Shown here: in pieces, positions 7,738-18,780 of the stretch | Numbering within the stretch: position 1 is the first letter of the stretch | Layout of the letters: every line of letters begins with the position of its first letter | From: Candidatus Methylomirabilota bacterium | Lineage (GTDB): Bacteria; Methylomirabilota; Methylomirabilia; Rokubacteriales; CSP1-6 | Length of the DNA stretch: 52,584 bases | Assembly: GCA_046726415.1 (NCBI GenBank) | Contig: JBKPAK010000127.1 | Span: forward strand, 1-52,584 | Direction: 5' to 3' | Notes under the pieces: generated by a model | What the model was told of the DNA's origin: nothing | The model's database searches: none | The model's input: only the letters and a program-made list of their open reading frames with translations | Position numbers and translations under genes: made by a program

Positions 7738-10155
7738 ATGGCCAGCCACGCGTTCGTAGCCGCGCGCTCTCCTCACGTCCACGCGCACGCCGCCACAGGA
7801 GTCAGGAGCTGGATCACCACCGTCGACCACAAGCGGATCGGCATCCTGTACGGGGTCAGCGCGTTCTTCTTCCTGCTTGTGGGAGGACTCGAGGCGCTCG
7901 TGATCCGCGCCCAGCTCGCCCGTCCGGACAACACGCTGGTCAGCGCCGACTTCTATAACGCGCTGTTCACCATGCACGGCACGACGATGATCTTCCTGGC
8001 CATCATGCCCCTGAACAACGCCTTCTTTAACTACCTGGTCCCCCTGCAGATTGGCGCGCGCGACGTCGCCTTCCCTCGCCTCAACGCGCTCTCCTACTGG
8101 CTCTTTCTGGGCGGCGCCCTCTTCCTGAACGCCAGCTTCCTCGTGGGCACGCCGCCCGATGGCGGCTGGTTCGGTTACGTCAGTCTCACCTCGCGGCAGT
8201 ATTCTCCGGGCCACGGCATCGACTTCTGGCTGCTCGGGCTTCAGGTTCTCGGGGCGTCCTCGCTCATCGCCGGGGTGAACTTCATCGTCACCATCCTGAA
8301 CATGCGGGCTCCCGGTATGACGCTCATGCGGATGCCGGTGTTCGTGTGGATGACGCTGGTGGTCCAGTTCCTGATCGTGCTGGCGTTCCCGGTGGTCACC
8401 GTGGGGCTGATCTTCCTGATGTTCGACCGCTTCTTCGGCACCCACTTCTACGACGTGGCGGCCGGCGGCGACCTGCACCTCTGGCAGCACCTCTTCTGGA
8501 TCTTCGGCCATCCCGAGGTGTACATCCTGATCCTGCCCGCCTTTGGCATCGTCTCCGAGGTCTTGCCGACGTTCTCGCGCAAGCCGCTCTTCGGCGCGCC
8601 CGTGGTGATCTATTCCGGCGCCCTCATCGGGTTCTTCGGCTTCGGCGTGTGGGCCCACCACATGTTCGCGGCCGGAATGGGCCCGGTGGCCGACGCCGCC
8701 TTCTCGATCGCCACGATGCTGATCGCCATCCCCACCGGGGTGAAGATCTTCAACTGGCTGGCCACCATGTGGGGCGGAAGCATCCGGCCCACGACCGCCT
8801 TCTACTTCGCGGCCGCGCTCATCGCGGACTTCACCATCGGCGGCTTGTCGGGCATCATGCACTCGTCACCGCCGGTCGACCTCCAGCAGACCGACAGCTA
8901 CTTCGTGGTGGCGCACTTCCACTACGTGCTGATCGGCGGCAGCCTCTTCGGGCTGCTGGCCGGACTCTTCTACTGGTGGCCCAAGATCTCGGGGCGCATG
9001 CTCGACGAACGGCTGGGCAAGGTGGCGTTCTGGGTGATCTTCATCGGCTTCAATGTGACGTTCTTTCCGCAGCACTACCTCGGCGCCATCGGCATGCCGC
9101 GCCGGATCTACACCTATCCGGCCAACGCCGGCTGGAACCTGTGGAACCTCGTTTCGACGGTGGGGGCCTTCGCCCTCGGGTTCGGGGTACTGCTCGTGCT
9201 CCTCAATGCGCTGCGCAGCCTGCGCCGGGGCGAACGGGCGCCCGCCGATCCCTGGGACGGCCGCACGCTCGAGTGGCGCACGGGATCCCCGCCGCCGCCT
9301 CACGACTTCGACGAGATTCCTCCCATCTACGGGCGCGACACGTTCTGGCGTGAGAAGTATGGAGACCGGCACGGCCGGCGGCCAACGCCGGTGGTCCCAC
9401 CCCCACCGGACGCGCACGGCATTCACATGCCCTCGCCGTCGGTGTGGCCGTTCGCGATCGCCGTCGGCGTGACCATCGCGGTGACCGGCGCGCTGATCAG
9501 CCTGCCGGTGGTCATCCTCGGCTCCGCCATCACCGTGTATGGTGGCTTCCGGTTCGCCCTGGAGCACCACGGCAACCCCGCGCACGCGCATCAGGACGGC
9601 CTGCTTGACATCGATATGCGGAAGCTGGCCATGTGGACCTTCATCGGCTCGGAGTGCATGCTCTTTGGAACGCTGATCGCCACCTACCTGGCCTACCGAG
9701 GCAAGAGCACGGTGGGTCCACATCCGCACGAGATCCTCAACATCCCGCTGACCACGCTCAGCACGTTCGATCTCCTGATGTCGAGCTTGCTCATGGTGCT
9801 GGCCCTCGACGCCATCCTGCGCGACAAGCGACAACTGGCCCGGCTGTGGCTGGCTGGCACGGCCCTCTTCGGCCTGCTCTTCCTCGGCTTCCAGGCGTAC
9901 GAGTTCACCCACTTCGTGCGCGAAGGACTGACCCTGCAGCGCAACGTGTTCGGCTCCACCTTCTTCACCTTGACCGGCTTCCATGGCGGCCACGTCACCC
10001 TGGGAGTCGCCCTCCTCCTCACCCTCCTCATCCTGGACCTCCGCGGCAAGCTGGGGGTGGCTGACGCGCCGAAGGTCGAGGTCGTGGGGTTGTACTGGCA
10101 TTTCGTGGATATCGTGTGGATCGCTATCTTCACCCTCATTTACCTGGTGCCCTGA
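7738..10155 (+). CDS. ctaD: Cytochrome c oxidase subunit I fused to subunit III
   Basis: DHKRIG; MHG; A1-type WIFGHPEVY; WAHHMF; AHFHYV. Continues in frame into subunit III motifs FIGSECMLF, TGFHGGHV, YWHFVDIVW. Confidence 0.93.
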   Translation: MASHAFVAARSPHVHAHAATGVRSWITTVDHKRIGILYGVSAFFFLLVGGLEALVIRAQLARPDNTLVSADFYNALFTMHGTTMIFLAIMPLNNAFFNYLVPLQIGARDVAFPRLNALSYWLFLGGALFLNASFLVGTPPDGGWFGYVSLTSRQYSPGHGIDFWLLGLQVLGASSLIAGVNFIVTILNMRAPGMTLMRMPVFVWMTLVVQFLIVLAFPVVTVGLIFLMFDRFFGTHFYDVAAGGDLHLWQHLFWIFGHPEVYILILPAFGIVSEVLPTFSRKPLFGAPVVIYSGALIGFFGFGVWAHHMFAAGMGPVADAAFSIATMLIAIPTGVKIFNWLATMWGGSIRPTTAFYFAAALIADFTIGGLSGIMHSSPPVDLQQTDSYFVVAHFHYVLIGGSLFGLLAGLFYWWPKISGRMLDERLGKVAFWVIFIGFNVTFFPQHYLGAIGMPRRIYTYPANAGWNLWNLVSTVGAFALGFGVLLVLLNALRSLRRGERAPADPWDGRTLEWRTGSPPPPHDFDEIPPIYGRDTFWREKYGDRHGRRPTPVVPPPPDAHGIHMPSPSVWPFAIAVGVTIAVTGALISLPVVILGSAITVYGGFRFALEHHGNPAHAHQDGLLDIDMRKLAMWTFIGSECMLFGTLIATYLAYRGKSTVGPHPHEILNIPLTTLSTFDLLMSSLLMVLALDAILRDKRQLARLWLAGTALFGLLFLGFQAYEFTHFVREGLTLQRNVFGSTFFTLTGFHGGHVTLGVALLLTLLILDLRGKLGVADAPKVEVVGLYWHFVDIVWIAIFTLIYLVP

Positions 10156-10487
10156 TGACCGCCTCCCCTCCCGCTCGCGATCGCTCGCCGAAGGGCGAGC
10201 ACCGCCACGTCTCGGTGGCCACCTACGTCGTGATCGCCGTCGTCCTCTGCGTGGTCACCGCGCTGGAGTTCTCCATCCTCTACATTCGGGCGCTGACGCC
10301 AATTCTGATCCCCCTGCTGCTGGTGATGTCGGCGGGCAAGTTCGCCCTGGTCGTCCTGTTCTTCATGCACCTGCGCTACGAAAAGCCCGTCATCCCCGCC
10401 CTCTTCGCCGGAACGCTGGTCATCGCCATCGCGATCATCGTGGCCATGATGACGCTGACCGATGCGTTTCTGATCTTCGAGCGCTGA
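10155..10487 (+). CDS. Cytochrome c oxidase subunit IV (COX4_pro family)
   Basis: Three TM helices; KFALVVLFFMHLRYE motif; TGATG overlap with the upstream stop. Confidence 0.85.
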   Translation: MTASPPARDRSPKGEHRHVSVATYVVIAVVLCVVTALEFSILYIRALTPILIPLLLVMSAGKFALVVLFFMHLRYEKPVIPALFAGTLVIAIAIIVAMMTLTDAFLIFER

Positions 10488-10488
10488 G

Positions 10489-11319
10489 GTGAGCACCGCG
10501 CCGCCGTCGTTTTCGTGGGTCTCCGGAAGTGTTCATCTCGACGTCCTCCTCGGAGTGGCGCTGGTCGGCGTGGTCTACGCCTGGGCGTGGTGGCGCCACC
10601 CCGGGCGACCGACCGGCGGCCGCTTTGCCTGTTTCTACGGAGGTCTCCTCATCCTGATCCTCGCCCTGAACGGGCCACTGCACGATCTGAGCGACTGGTA
10701 TCTCTTCAGCGCCCACATGGTGCAACACCTCATCTTGACGTTGGTCGTCCCACCGCTGCTGCTGCTTGGTACTGCGCCGTGGATGGCCGACCGCCTTCTG
10801 GCCCCGCTGGTCCGCCACCCGGTGAGCCGCTGGGTCGTGCGCACCCTCACCCGTCCGGTGCCCGCGCTGGGCTTCTATACGGCGGCCCTGGTGTTGTGGC
10901 ATCTACCCGCCCCGTACGAGCTGGCCCTGCGCGTCCACCCCTGGCACATCGCCCAGCACCTGTCCCTGATGACCGCCGCCGGCCTCGCATGGTGGCCGGT
11001 GCTCTCGCCGGCCACCATCGTCCCGCGGCTGCACTACGGCGCCCAGCTCCTGTACATCTTCGCCTTCGGGATGCCCATGACGGTGGTGGCGGCGATGATC
11101 ACGGGGGCCGAGGACCTTCTCTATGGGTCCTACGCCACCGCCCCGCGGCTCTTCGACCTGACCCCGTTCGCCGATCAGCGGCTGGGCGGCGTGATCATGT
11201 GGGTGCCCGCCGGAGTGGTCCCGCTCCTCACCTTTACTGCCGTCTTCTTCCGATGGGCGGCTGCCGAAGTGGATGACTTCGACGGGGACGTCCTGCCACC
11301 GCCGCGCGGTCACGCGTGA
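10489..11319 (+). CDS. ctaG: caa3 oxidase assembly factor (CtaG/YtwI-type)
   Basis: LFSAHMVQH; WHLP; DQRLGGVIMW; located in the cox operon. Confidence 0.85.
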   Translation: MSTAPPSFSWVSGSVHLDVLLGVALVGVVYAWAWWRHPGRPTGGRFACFYGGLLILILALNGPLHDLSDWYLFSAHMVQHLILTLVVPPLLLLGTAPWMADRLLAPLVRHPVSRWVVRTLTRPVPALGFYTAALVLWHLPAPYELALRVHPWHIAQHLSLMTAAGLAWWPVLSPATIVPRLHYGAQLLYIFAFGMPMTVVAAMITGAEDLLYGSYATAPRLFDLTPFADQRLGGVIMWVPAGVVPLLTFTAVFFRWAAAEVDDFDGDVLPPPRGHA

Positions 11320-11386
11320 TCGCGCGGCCGCCCGCGCAGCGGGCCCTCACCTCTCTGTTATGATGGCACCTCGTGGGTGACGGGCG

Positions 11387-12697
11387 ATGAACATTTGCGT
11401 GGTGGGGACCGGCTACGTGGGACTGGTCACCGGAGCCGTCTTTGCCGATCTCGGCAACGACGTGACGTGCGTCGACAACCAGAGCGACAAGGTGGCGGCC
11501 CTGCGCGGCGGCCAGATGCCGATCTACGAGCCGGGGCTGGAGGAGATGGTGGCGCGGAACGTCGCTGATGGGCGACTCGGCTTCACCATCGATCTGACGG
11601 CCGCCGTGCGGCGTTCCGACATCGTCTTCATCACGGTGGGTACGCCGCCCGGCGACGGCGGCAAGACCGACCTCAGCGCGGTGGAGTCGGTGGCCCGCAC
11701 CATCGGGCAAGCCATGGACCACTACTTGGTGGTGGTCAACAAGTCCACCGTGCCCGTGGGCACCGGTGAGTTCGTGCGCGAGACCATCGAGCGCCATCAG
11801 GTCCGGCCAATCCCCTTCGACGTCGTCTCGAACCCAGAGTTCCTCCGCGAGGGCTCGGCCATCGAGGACACCCTCCGACCCGACCGCATCGTCATCGGCG
11901 CGCCCTCCCAGCAGGTGGCCATGATGCTGCTCGAGTTGTACGCCCCCCTCGAGCGGCCCATGATCATCACCGACGTCCCCTCGGCGGAGATGATCAAATA
12001 CGCTTCGAACGCCTTTCTCGCGACCAAGATCTCGTTCGCCAACGCCATCGCGAATTTATGCGAGTCGGCTGGGGCCGACGTGACCCAGGTGGTGAAAGGG
12101 ATGGGCCTCGACGCGCGGATCGGCGCGTCGTTCCTCGCGGCCGGGCTCGGCTACGGAGGAAGCTGCTTCCCCAAGGACACCGAATCCCTCATCCACACGG
12201 CGGCCACCCTCGGCTACGACTTTGCCCTGCTCCGGGCGGTGGTGGAAATCAATCGCGGCCGGGCCTCGCATTTCGTGGAGGGTCTGCGCAAAGCGCTCTC
12301 TCCCCTGGATGGCAAGATCATCGCGCTGCTGGGAGTGGCCTTCAAGCCGAACACCGACGACATGCGGGAAGCCAAGAGCATCGAGGTGGTGTCGGAGTTG
12401 GTGCGCCTGGGCGTCACCGTGCGCGCCTACGACCCCGTCGCGCTCGATAATGCCCGGGCGATCCTCCCCCCGTCCGTGACCTACTGCGGCTCTCCATACG
12501 AAGCGGCGGCTGGCGCCGACGCCATCGCCCTGGTGACCGAGTGGAACGAGTTCAAGCTCCTCAACCTTGAACGCGTGCGCAATGCCATGCGGCGCCCCGT
12601 CATTTTCGACGGCCGCAATCTCTGGGAGCCGGAGCGCATGCGCCGCCTCGGCTTCGAGTACCACTCGATCGGTCGTCGGCCTATCCTACCGGCCTAG
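11387..12697 (+). CDS. ugd: UDP-glucose 6-dehydrogenase
   Basis: [45 protein letters not shown]. Confidence 0.95.
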   Translation: MNICVVGTGYVGLVTGAVFADLGNDVTCVDNQSDKVAALRGGQMPIYEPGLEEMVARNVADGRLGFTIDLTAAVRRSDIVFITVGTPPGDGGKTDLSAVESVARTIGQAMDHYLVVVNKSTVPVGTGEFVRETIERHQVRPIPFDVVSNPEFLREGSAIEDTLRPDRIVIGAPSQQVAMMLLELYAPLERPMIITDVPSAEMIKYASNAFLATKISFANAIANLCESAGADVTQVVKGMGLDARIGASFLAAGLGYGGSCFPKDTESLIHTAATLGYDFALLRAVVEINRGRASHFVEGLRKALSPLDGKIIALLGVAFKPNTDDMREAKSIEVVSELVRLGVTVRAYDPVALDNARAILPPSVTYCGSPYEAAAGADAIALVTEWNEFKLLNLERVRNAMRRPVIFDGRNLWEPERMRRLGFEYHSIGRRPILPA

Positions 12698-12704
12698 CAT
12701 TTCC

Positions 12705-13649
12705 GTGCGGATTCTCGTCACCGGCGGCGCGGGCTTCATCGGCTCGCACCTGTGCGAGTTCCTCCTCGGCCAGGGGGCCGAGGTCATCTGCATGGACAAC
12801 TACGTCACCGGCGCGCGGCACAACATCGCGACCATCACCGGCTCGCCGCGATTCACCGTGGTCGAACACAACGTCAGCGAGTACATTCGACTCGACGGGC
12901 CCCTCGACTGGGTCCTGCACTTCGCCAGCCCGGCCTCCCCCCGCGATTACCTCGAGCTGCCCATTCCAACCCTGAAGGTCGGGGCCCTCGGCACGCACAA
13001 CGCGCTCGGGCTGGCCAAGGCCAAGGGCGCGCGTTTTCTCCTGGCCTCGACATCGGAAGTCTACGGGGATCCGCTGGTCCATCCCCAGCCCGAGGACTAC
13101 TGGGGCAACGTCAACCCGGTGGGGCCTCGCGGAGTGTACGACGAGGCCAAGCGCTTCGCGGAGGCCATCACCATGGCCTACCACCGCGCACACGGTATCG
13201 GCACGCGGATCGTGCGCATCTTCAACACTTACGGTCCGCGCATGCGGCTCAACGACGGGCGCGCCATTCCCGCCTTCATGACCCAGGCTCTCTCCGGGCA
13301 GCCCCTGACCGTCTTCGGGGACGGTAGCCAGACGCGATCCTTCCAGTACATCTCGGATCTGATCGAAGGCATCTGGCTATTGATGCAGCACGCGGTCAGT
13401 AGCCCGGTGAACATCGGCAATCCCCATGAGATGACCTTGCTCGACCTGGCCAAGCGAATTATCCGCCTAGTCCGCTCCACCAGCGACATCGTCTTCCATC
13501 CCCTGCCCGAGGACGATCCCAAGGTGCGCCAGCCCGACATCACGCGCGCTCGCAGCCAACTCGGCTGGGAGCCCCGCGTGGATGTGGACGAAGGGCTGCG
13601 CCTCACCCTCGATTGGTTTGGCCGTCAACTGGGAAGGACCCCGCCATGA
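12705..13649 (+). CDS. UDP-glucuronate decarboxylase (UDP-xylose synthase-like extended SDR)
   Basis: [53 protein letters not shown]. Confidence 0.88.
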   Translation: MRILVTGGAGFIGSHLCEFLLGQGAEVICMDNYVTGARHNIATITGSPRFTVVEHNVSEYIRLDGPLDWVLHFASPASPRDYLELPIPTLKVGALGTHNALGLAKAKGARFLLASTSEVYGDPLVHPQPEDYWGNVNPVGPRGVYDEAKRFAEAITMAYHRAHGIGTRIVRIFNTYGPRMRLNDGRAIPAFMTQALSGQPLTVFGDGSQTRSFQYISDLIEGIWLLMQHAVSSPVNIGNPHEMTLLDLAKRIIRLVRSTSDIVFHPLPEDDPKVRQPDITRARSQLGWEPRVDVDEGLRLTLDWFGRQLGRTPP

Positions 13650-13813
13650 TCGACGACGAGCTCAAGGCGATCCTCGTGTGCCCCGCCTGCAAGGGTGACC
13701 TCCGATTCGAGGAGACACGGATTATTTGCCCCGCCTGCCGCAAGGCCTATCCCATCCGGGACGGGATCCCAGTGATGCTCATCAGCGAAGCGCAACCGTG
13801 GGCGGAACGGTAG
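13646..13813 (+). CDS. Trm112-like (YcaR) small protein
   Basis: [10 protein letters not shown]...[22 protein letters not shown] overlap. Confidence 0.85.
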   Translation: MIDDELKAILVCPACKGDLRFEETRIICPACRKAYPIRDGIPVMLISEAQPWAER

Positions 13814-13919
13814 ACATGGGGGGCCCCGAAAGGGCCCCCCAAGCCCCCCAGCGCTCGGAGCGTCCCGGCGCAGCCGTGCCGCTCCTCGATTCCCCGTGGC
13901 GTCCGGGCGGCCCCACTAC
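13810..13919. repeat. REP/REPIN-like element (best-preserved copy)
   Basis: GTAG-acat-GGGGGGCCC-cgaaa-GGGCCCCCC-aag-CCCCCC, then a second hairpin GAGCG...CGGCgcaGCCG...CGCTC; ends near CTAC at 13916-13919. Confidence 0.75.
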
Positions 13920-13958
13920 CCTCGGGCGCGCCCCCCGAACCCCACGCGATTTCCCGAC

Positions 13959-15050
13959 ATGGCGCTAGCGACCCAGGCGGTCATCCTGGCGGGGGGCCAG
14001 GGCACTCGCCTCCGCCCCCTGACCTTGGCGCGAGCCAAGCCCGTGGTTCCGCTCCTCAATCGTCCGTTCCTGGCGTATCAGATCGCCCTGCTCCGCCGGC
14101 ACGGAGTCACCGACATCGTCCTGTCGTGCTCGTACCGAGTGGACGACGTGCGCCGCGCCCTCGGCGATGCCCGCGCTCTCGGAGTGACCCTGCGGTATGT
14201 CGTCGAGGACGAGCCCCTCGGCACCGGTGGCGGCGTGCGCAACGCGGCAGATCTGACGCGGGGGACGGTGTTCGTCCTCAACGGGGACGTGCTCACCGAC
14301 GCCGATCTCACGGCCATGCGCGCATTCCACGAGGCCCGTGGTTCCCGCCTGACCATCTTCCTCGTGCCCGTCGAGGATCCACGCGCCTATGGCTTGGTGG
14401 AAACCGCAGGGGACGGCCGCCTGCTCCGCTTCCGGGAAAAGCCGGGTCCGGAAGACCCCATTGCGACCAACATGATCAACGCCGGGATCTACCTCATCGA
14501 GGCGCCGCTCCTGGCCCGGATTCCCGTGGGCCGCATGATGTCGATCGAGCGCGAGTTCTTTCCCGACGTGATCGCCGACGGGATCCCCAGCTTCGGTTGG
14601 ACCGCGCCCGCCTACTGGCGCGACATCGGCACTCCCGCCTCCTATCACGCCGCCCAGATCGATCTCCTGAAGGGGCACATCAGCACACCGCTGACGCCGG
14701 CGGGCGAGTTCCGGAACGGAAGCTGGGTGGCGCCCGGAACCGCCACTGCCGCCGGGCGCCTCGAGGGACCTTCCGTCGTGGATGCCTGCGTGACGATCGG
14801 TGCGCGGGCCCAGGTCGGCCCGTACGCCGTCATCGGGGCCGGCTCGATCATCGGCGCTGGCGCGCGCGTGCAGCGCGCGGTGCTCTGGGAGCGCGTGCAG
14901 GTCGGCGAGGAGGCGGAGGTTCGCGACTGCGTGATCGGCTCGGATGCGGTGATCGGCGCGGGCGCCCAGTTGGCCGGGGGCGTGGCCATCGAATCCGGAG
15001 CGGTCGTTCCCGGCTCCGCCCGGCAGGGGGATCAAGCGCTCACCGCGTGA
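13959..15050 (+). CDS. Sugar-phosphate nucleotidyltransferase (mannose-1-phosphate guanylyltransferase-like) with a hexapeptide-repeat C-terminus
   Basis: ILAGGQGTRLRPLT..KP; EPLGTGG; NGDVL; FREKP; YWRDIG; left-handed beta-helix repeats. Confidence 0.88.
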   Translation: MALATQAVILAGGQGTRLRPLTLARAKPVVPLLNRPFLAYQIALLRRHGVTDIVLSCSYRVDDVRRALGDARALGVTLRYVVEDEPLGTGGGVRNAADLTRGTVFVLNGDVLTDADLTAMRAFHEARGSRLTIFLVPVEDPRAYGLVETAGDGRLLRFREKPGPEDPIATNMINAGIYLIEAPLLARIPVGRMMSIEREFFPDVIADGIPSFGWTAPAYWRDIGTPASYHAAQIDLLKGHISTPLTPAGEFRNGSWVAPGTATAAGRLEGPSVVDACVTIGARAQVGPYAVIGAGSIIGAGARVQRAVLWERVQVGEEAEVRDCVIGSDAVIGAGAQLAGGVAIESGAVVPGSARQGDQALTA

Positions 15051-15058
15051 TGGTCAGG

Positions 15059-15067
15059 TGCTAGACT
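15059..15067 (+). promoter_or_regulatory. Extended -10 (TG-c-TAGACT), leaderless geometry for lepA
   Basis: 6 nt upstream of ATG 15074. Confidence 0.6.
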
Positions 15068-15073
15068 GAAGTG

Positions 15074-16864
15074 ATGGCCCTCGCCCGCATCCGAAACTTC
15101 TCCATCGTTGCGCACATCGACCACGGCAAGTCCACCCTGGCGGACCGGCTGCTCGCCCTGACTGGGACGATGGACGCCAAGAAGGCCGTCGATCAGGTGC
15201 TCGACTCCATGGACCTCGAGCGCGAGCGCGGGATCACCATCAAGGCGCACACTGTGCGGCTCATGTATCGGGCACAAGACGGGCAGGAGTACACCCTGAA
15301 TCTCATCGACACGCCTGGTCATGTGGACTTCTCCTACGAGGTGTCGCGGGCCCTGGCCGCCTGCGAGGGCGCCGTGCTCATCATCGATGCCGCCCAGGGT
15401 ATCGAGGCGCAAACGCTGGCCAACTACTACCTCGCCCGCGACGCCGCGCTGACCATCATTCCCGTCATCAACAAGATCGACCTGCCGGCCGCCGATGTGG
15501 ACGGCACGCGCACCCAGATTGCGGAGACGCTCGACCTGGATGGTGACGAGGCGCTGGCCATCTCGGCCAAGCACGGAACGGGAGTGCCCGCGGTGCTGGA
15601 GGCCATCGTGGCGCGCATCCCGCCGCCCGTCGGTCAGGCCGAGGCGCCCTTGAAAGCGCTGGTCTTCGACTCGTTCTACGACTCCTATCAGGGCGTCGTC
15701 ATCTACGTGCGTCTCGGCGACGGGCGGGTGCGCGCGGGCACGCGCATCCTCCTGATGTCGAACGGGCGCGCGTACGACGTCCAGCAGGTGGGCGTCTTTG
15801 CGCCGGACATGCGCCCGGTGGACGAGTTGTCGGCCGGACAGGTGGGCTACATCACGGCGTCGATCAAGCGGGTTGCCGATGCCAAGGTGGGCGAGACCAT
15901 CACCGAAGCGCTGCGTCCAACCGCCACGCCTTTCCCGGGATACCGCGACGCCAAACCCATGGTCTTTGCCGGCCTCTATCCCATCGAGGACAGCGACTAC
16001 GAGGGTCTACGCGACGCCCTGGAGAAGCTGCGGCTCAACGACCCGGCCTTCACCTTTGAGCCGGAAACATCGCTGGCCCTCGGCTACGGGTTCCGCTGTG
16101 GCTTTCTGGGCATGCTCCACCTCGAGATCGTGCAGGAGCGGCTGGAGCGCGAGTTCGATCTCTCCCTCATCGTCACCGCCCCCAGCGTCGAGTACCGGGT
16201 GCTCACCACGGCCGGCGACGTGCTCGACATCGAGAACCCCTCCAAGCTCCCCTCCCCTGACAAGGTCGAGATCATGGAGGAGCCCTATGTGAGCGCGTCG
16301 ATCTTCGCGCCCACGGAGTTCATGACGGCCATCTACAAACTGGCCCAGGAAAAGCGGGGCGAGCACAAGTCCCTGGAGTATCTCGGGAAACGCGTGCACA
16401 TCCGGTTTGATTTTCCCCTGGCCGAGATCGTGGTCGACTTCTACGACAAGCTGAAGTCCATCTCGAAGGGCTACGCCTCCTTCGACTACGAGTTCGCTGA
16501 CTTCCGGGCGTCCGACCTGGTGAAGCTGGACATTCTCCTCAACGGCGACCCCGTCGATGCCCTGAGCTGCATCGTGCATCGCGACAAGGCGTATGAGCGA
16601 GGCAAGGCGCTGGTGGAGAAGTTGCGCGGCGTCATCCCCCGCCAACTCTTCGAGGTGGCCATCCAGGCCGCGATCGGCAGCCGCGTCATCGCCCGGGAGA
16701 CGGTCAAGGCCATGGGCAAGAACGTCACCGCGAAGTGCTATGGCGGCGACATCACGCGCAAGCGCAAGCTGCTTGAGCGCCAGAAGGAAGGCAAGAAGCG
16801 CATGAAGCAGGTGGGCCGGGTCGAGATCCCTCAGGAGGCATTCCTGTCGGTGCTGAAGAGTTGA
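15074..16864 (+). CDS. lepA: Elongation factor 4
   Basis: [53 protein letters not shown]. Confidence 0.98.
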   Translation: MALARIRNFSIVAHIDHGKSTLADRLLALTGTMDAKKAVDQVLDSMDLERERGITIKAHTVRLMYRAQDGQEYTLNLIDTPGHVDFSYEVSRALAACEGAVLIIDAAQGIEAQTLANYYLARDAALTIIPVINKIDLPAADVDGTRTQIAETLDLDGDEALAISAKHGTGVPAVLEAIVARIPPPVGQAEAPLKALVFDSFYDSYQGVVIYVRLGDGRVRAGTRILLMSNGRAYDVQQVGVFAPDMRPVDELSAGQVGYITASIKRVADAKVGETITEALRPTATPFPGYRDAKPMVFAGLYPIEDSDYEGLRDALEKLRLNDPAFTFEPETSLALGYGFRCGFLGMLHLEIVQERLEREFDLSLIVTAPSVEYRVLTTAGDVLDIENPSKLPSPDKVEIMEEPYVSASIFAPTEFMTAIYKLAQEKRGEHKSLEYLGKRVHIRFDFPLAEIVVDFYDKLKSISKGYASFDYEFADFRASDLVKLDILLNGDPVDALSCIVHRDKAYERGKALVEKLRGVIPRQLFEVAIQAAIGSRVIARETVKAMGKNVTAKCYGGDITRKRKLLERQKEGKKRMKQVGRVEIPQEAFLSVLKS

Positions 16865-16866
16865 GC

Positions 16867-17547
16867 ATGGATCTGCAGTCCGAGAAGGCCCAGGGCGTCC
16901 CCGGTCCAGCCGCCGACGCCCAGGCGGCTCCCCGCCGCAAGTCTCTCGTCCGCGAGTACGTGGAGGCCATCGCCATCGCGATTCTCCTCGCCCTCGTGAT
17001 CCGGACATTCGTGGTCCAGGCCTTCACCATCCCGTCGGGTTCCATGATGGACACCCTGTTGGTCGGTGACTATATCCTCGTGAACAAGTTCCTCTACGGG
17101 CCGGAAGTGCCGTTCACCGACACCCACCTGCCCGGATTGCGCGCTCCTCAGCGAGGCGACATCATCGTTTTCAAGTACCCCCAGGACGAAAAGCGCGACT
17201 TCATCAAGCGCATCGTCGGCGTTCCCGGTGACACCGTTCAAGTGCGCGGGGGGCAGGTCTATGTGAACGGAAAGCCCACCGAGGAGGCCTACGTGAGGGC
17301 CGGCTCGGCCCGCCCCCATCTCGGCGTGGCGACCTACTGTGGCTACGCCTACGCCTGCGAGCCGACGGTGGTCCCCCCCGATTCCTACTTCGTCATGGGC
17401 GATAACCGAGACAACTCCCAGGACAGCCGTTACTGGGGCTTCGTCAAACGCGACAAGATCAAGGGCAAGGCGTTTCTCATCTACTGGTCATGGGACAGCG
17501 ACAAGCACTGGCCGCGCTGGCTTCGCCTGGGGCACTACATCCCCTAG
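16867..17547 (+). CDS. lepB: Signal peptidase I
   Basis: PSGSM catalytic Ser; DFIKR catalytic Lys; GDNRDNSQDSRYWG. Confidence 0.95.
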   Translation: MDLQSEKAQGVPGPAADAQAAPRRKSLVREYVEAIAIAILLALVIRTFVVQAFTIPSGSMMDTLLVGDYILVNKFLYGPEVPFTDTHLPGLRAPQRGDIIVFKYPQDEKRDFIKRIVGVPGDTVQVRGGQVYVNGKPTEEAYVRAGSARPHLGVATYCGYAYACEPTVVPPDSYFVMGDNRDNSQDSRYWGFVKRDKIKGKAFLIYWSWDSDKHWPRWLRLGHYIP

Positions 17548-17564
17548 ACGACCATCTGGGCCCT

Positions 17565-18710
17565 TTGGCGGAGACGTATCCCGACGGGCCAGGGCTCGGA
17601 TTCTACGTGCACGTGCCCTTCTGCGTGGCGCGTTGCCACTATTGTTCCTTCAACACGGCGCCCCACGATGGCGCGGCTCTGACCCGCTACCTCGCGGCCC
17701 TGGCCCGCGAGATTGATTTGCTCGGCGCCGCCCCATGGGCGGGGCGCCTCCGCCTCGACACCATCTTCTTCGGGGGCGGAACTCCCTCGGTCCTCGCCGC
17801 CGACGAACTGGCCGCCATCCTCCTTCGCCTGCGGGCATGCTTCCGGGTGGCGCCAGACTCGGAGGTGACCGTGGAGTGCAACCCCGAGAGCGTCGGTCGA
17901 GAGTCCCTCGCCGCCTACCGCGCGGCCGGCGTGACTCGAATCAGTCTCGGTGTGCAGTCGCTCGACGACGCCATTCTCGAGAACCTGGGACGGCGGCACT
18001 CGGCGCGGGGCGCGCGGTCCGCCTTCGAGGCGGCTCGCGCCGTGGGCTTCACCAACGTCAGCGTCGACCTCATGTACGGCCTTCCCGGACTCGACGTGGC
18101 GAGATGGATGCAAACGGTCCAGGCGATTCTCGACTGGGCGCCAGACCACCTCTCCGCCTACGGGCTGACCCTCGATGAGGGCAGCCGATGGGGCGCTCAC
18201 GGTGTGGCCGGCCTGCCGCCAGAGGACGCGGTGGTCACCCAGTACTGGGCGCTGGCCCGCGCGGCGGCCGCGCGCGGCTACGAGCATTACGAGATCTCCA
18301 ACTACGCGCGGCCAGGTTATCGCGCCCGCCACAACCTCGTCTACTGGCGCGGCGCGGAGTACCTCGCCAGCGGGCCGGGAGCGTGCGGCTTCATCGGCGA
18401 CATCCGCTACGCGAACGCCAAGCCCATTGCGCGCTACTGTGCTGCGCTCGAACAGGGGCGACTTCCCATCGAGAGTTCCGAGCGGCTGACTCCGCGCCAG
18501 CGCCTCGGCGAGCGCCTCATCCTCGGTCTGCGGACGTCCGACGGGGTGCCCACCGCCTGGCTGACCGAGCGCGTCCTCGCGAATCGCGCGCTGGCCCGTC
18601 GGGTGGAAGCGTGGCGAGAGGCCGGTCTCATGGACGAGGAGGACGACCGCCTGCGTCTCACCGAGCAGGGTTTTCTGCTGTCGGACGCGCTGTTCGTGGA
18701 GCTGGTGTGA
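17565..18710 (+). CDS. hemW: Radical SAM heme chaperone HemW (HemN-like)
   Basis: YVHVPFCVARCHYC; GGGTPS; RISLGVQS; YEISNY; HNLVYW. Start (TTG 17565) is uncertain. Confidence 0.88.
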   Translation: MAETYPDGPGLGFYVHVPFCVARCHYCSFNTAPHDGAALTRYLAALAREIDLLGAAPWAGRLRLDTIFFGGGTPSVLAADELAAILLRLRACFRVAPDSEVTVECNPESVGRESLAAYRAAGVTRISLGVQSLDDAILENLGRRHSARGARSAFEAARAVGFTNVSVDLMYGLPGLDVARWMQTVQAILDWAPDHLSAYGLTLDEGSRWGAHGVAGLPPEDAVVTQYWALARAAAARGYEHYEISNYARPGYRARHNLVYWRGAEYLASGPGACGFIGDIRYANAKPIARYCAALEQGRLPIESSERLTPRQRLGERLILGLRTSDGVPTAWLTERVLANRALARRVEAWREAGLMDEEDDRLRLTEQGFLLSDALFVELV

Positions 18711-18745
18711 TTGAGGCCCGGGGGACGCGACCCCTCGCCGCGTTC

Positions 18746-18774
18746 TTGACACGATTGGCGGCGATTGTTACTAG
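18746..18774 (+). promoter_or_regulatory. sigma70 promoter for hrcA (TTGACA-17-TACTAG with TGn)
   Basis: Perfect -35 at 18746-18751. The -10 is 6 nt above GTG 18781 but lacks the conserved final T; alternative TAGACT at 18772. Confidence 0.5.
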
Positions 18775-18780
18775 ACTGTC

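Noticed and set aside
13726-13968. 80-aa ORF containing MGGPERAPQAPQRSERPG
   Set aside because: It is a translation of the REP-like element.
17565-18710. True coproporphyrinogen dehydrogenase HemN
   Set aside because: Short N-terminus, HNxxYW motif and lepA/hrcA context indicate HemW.
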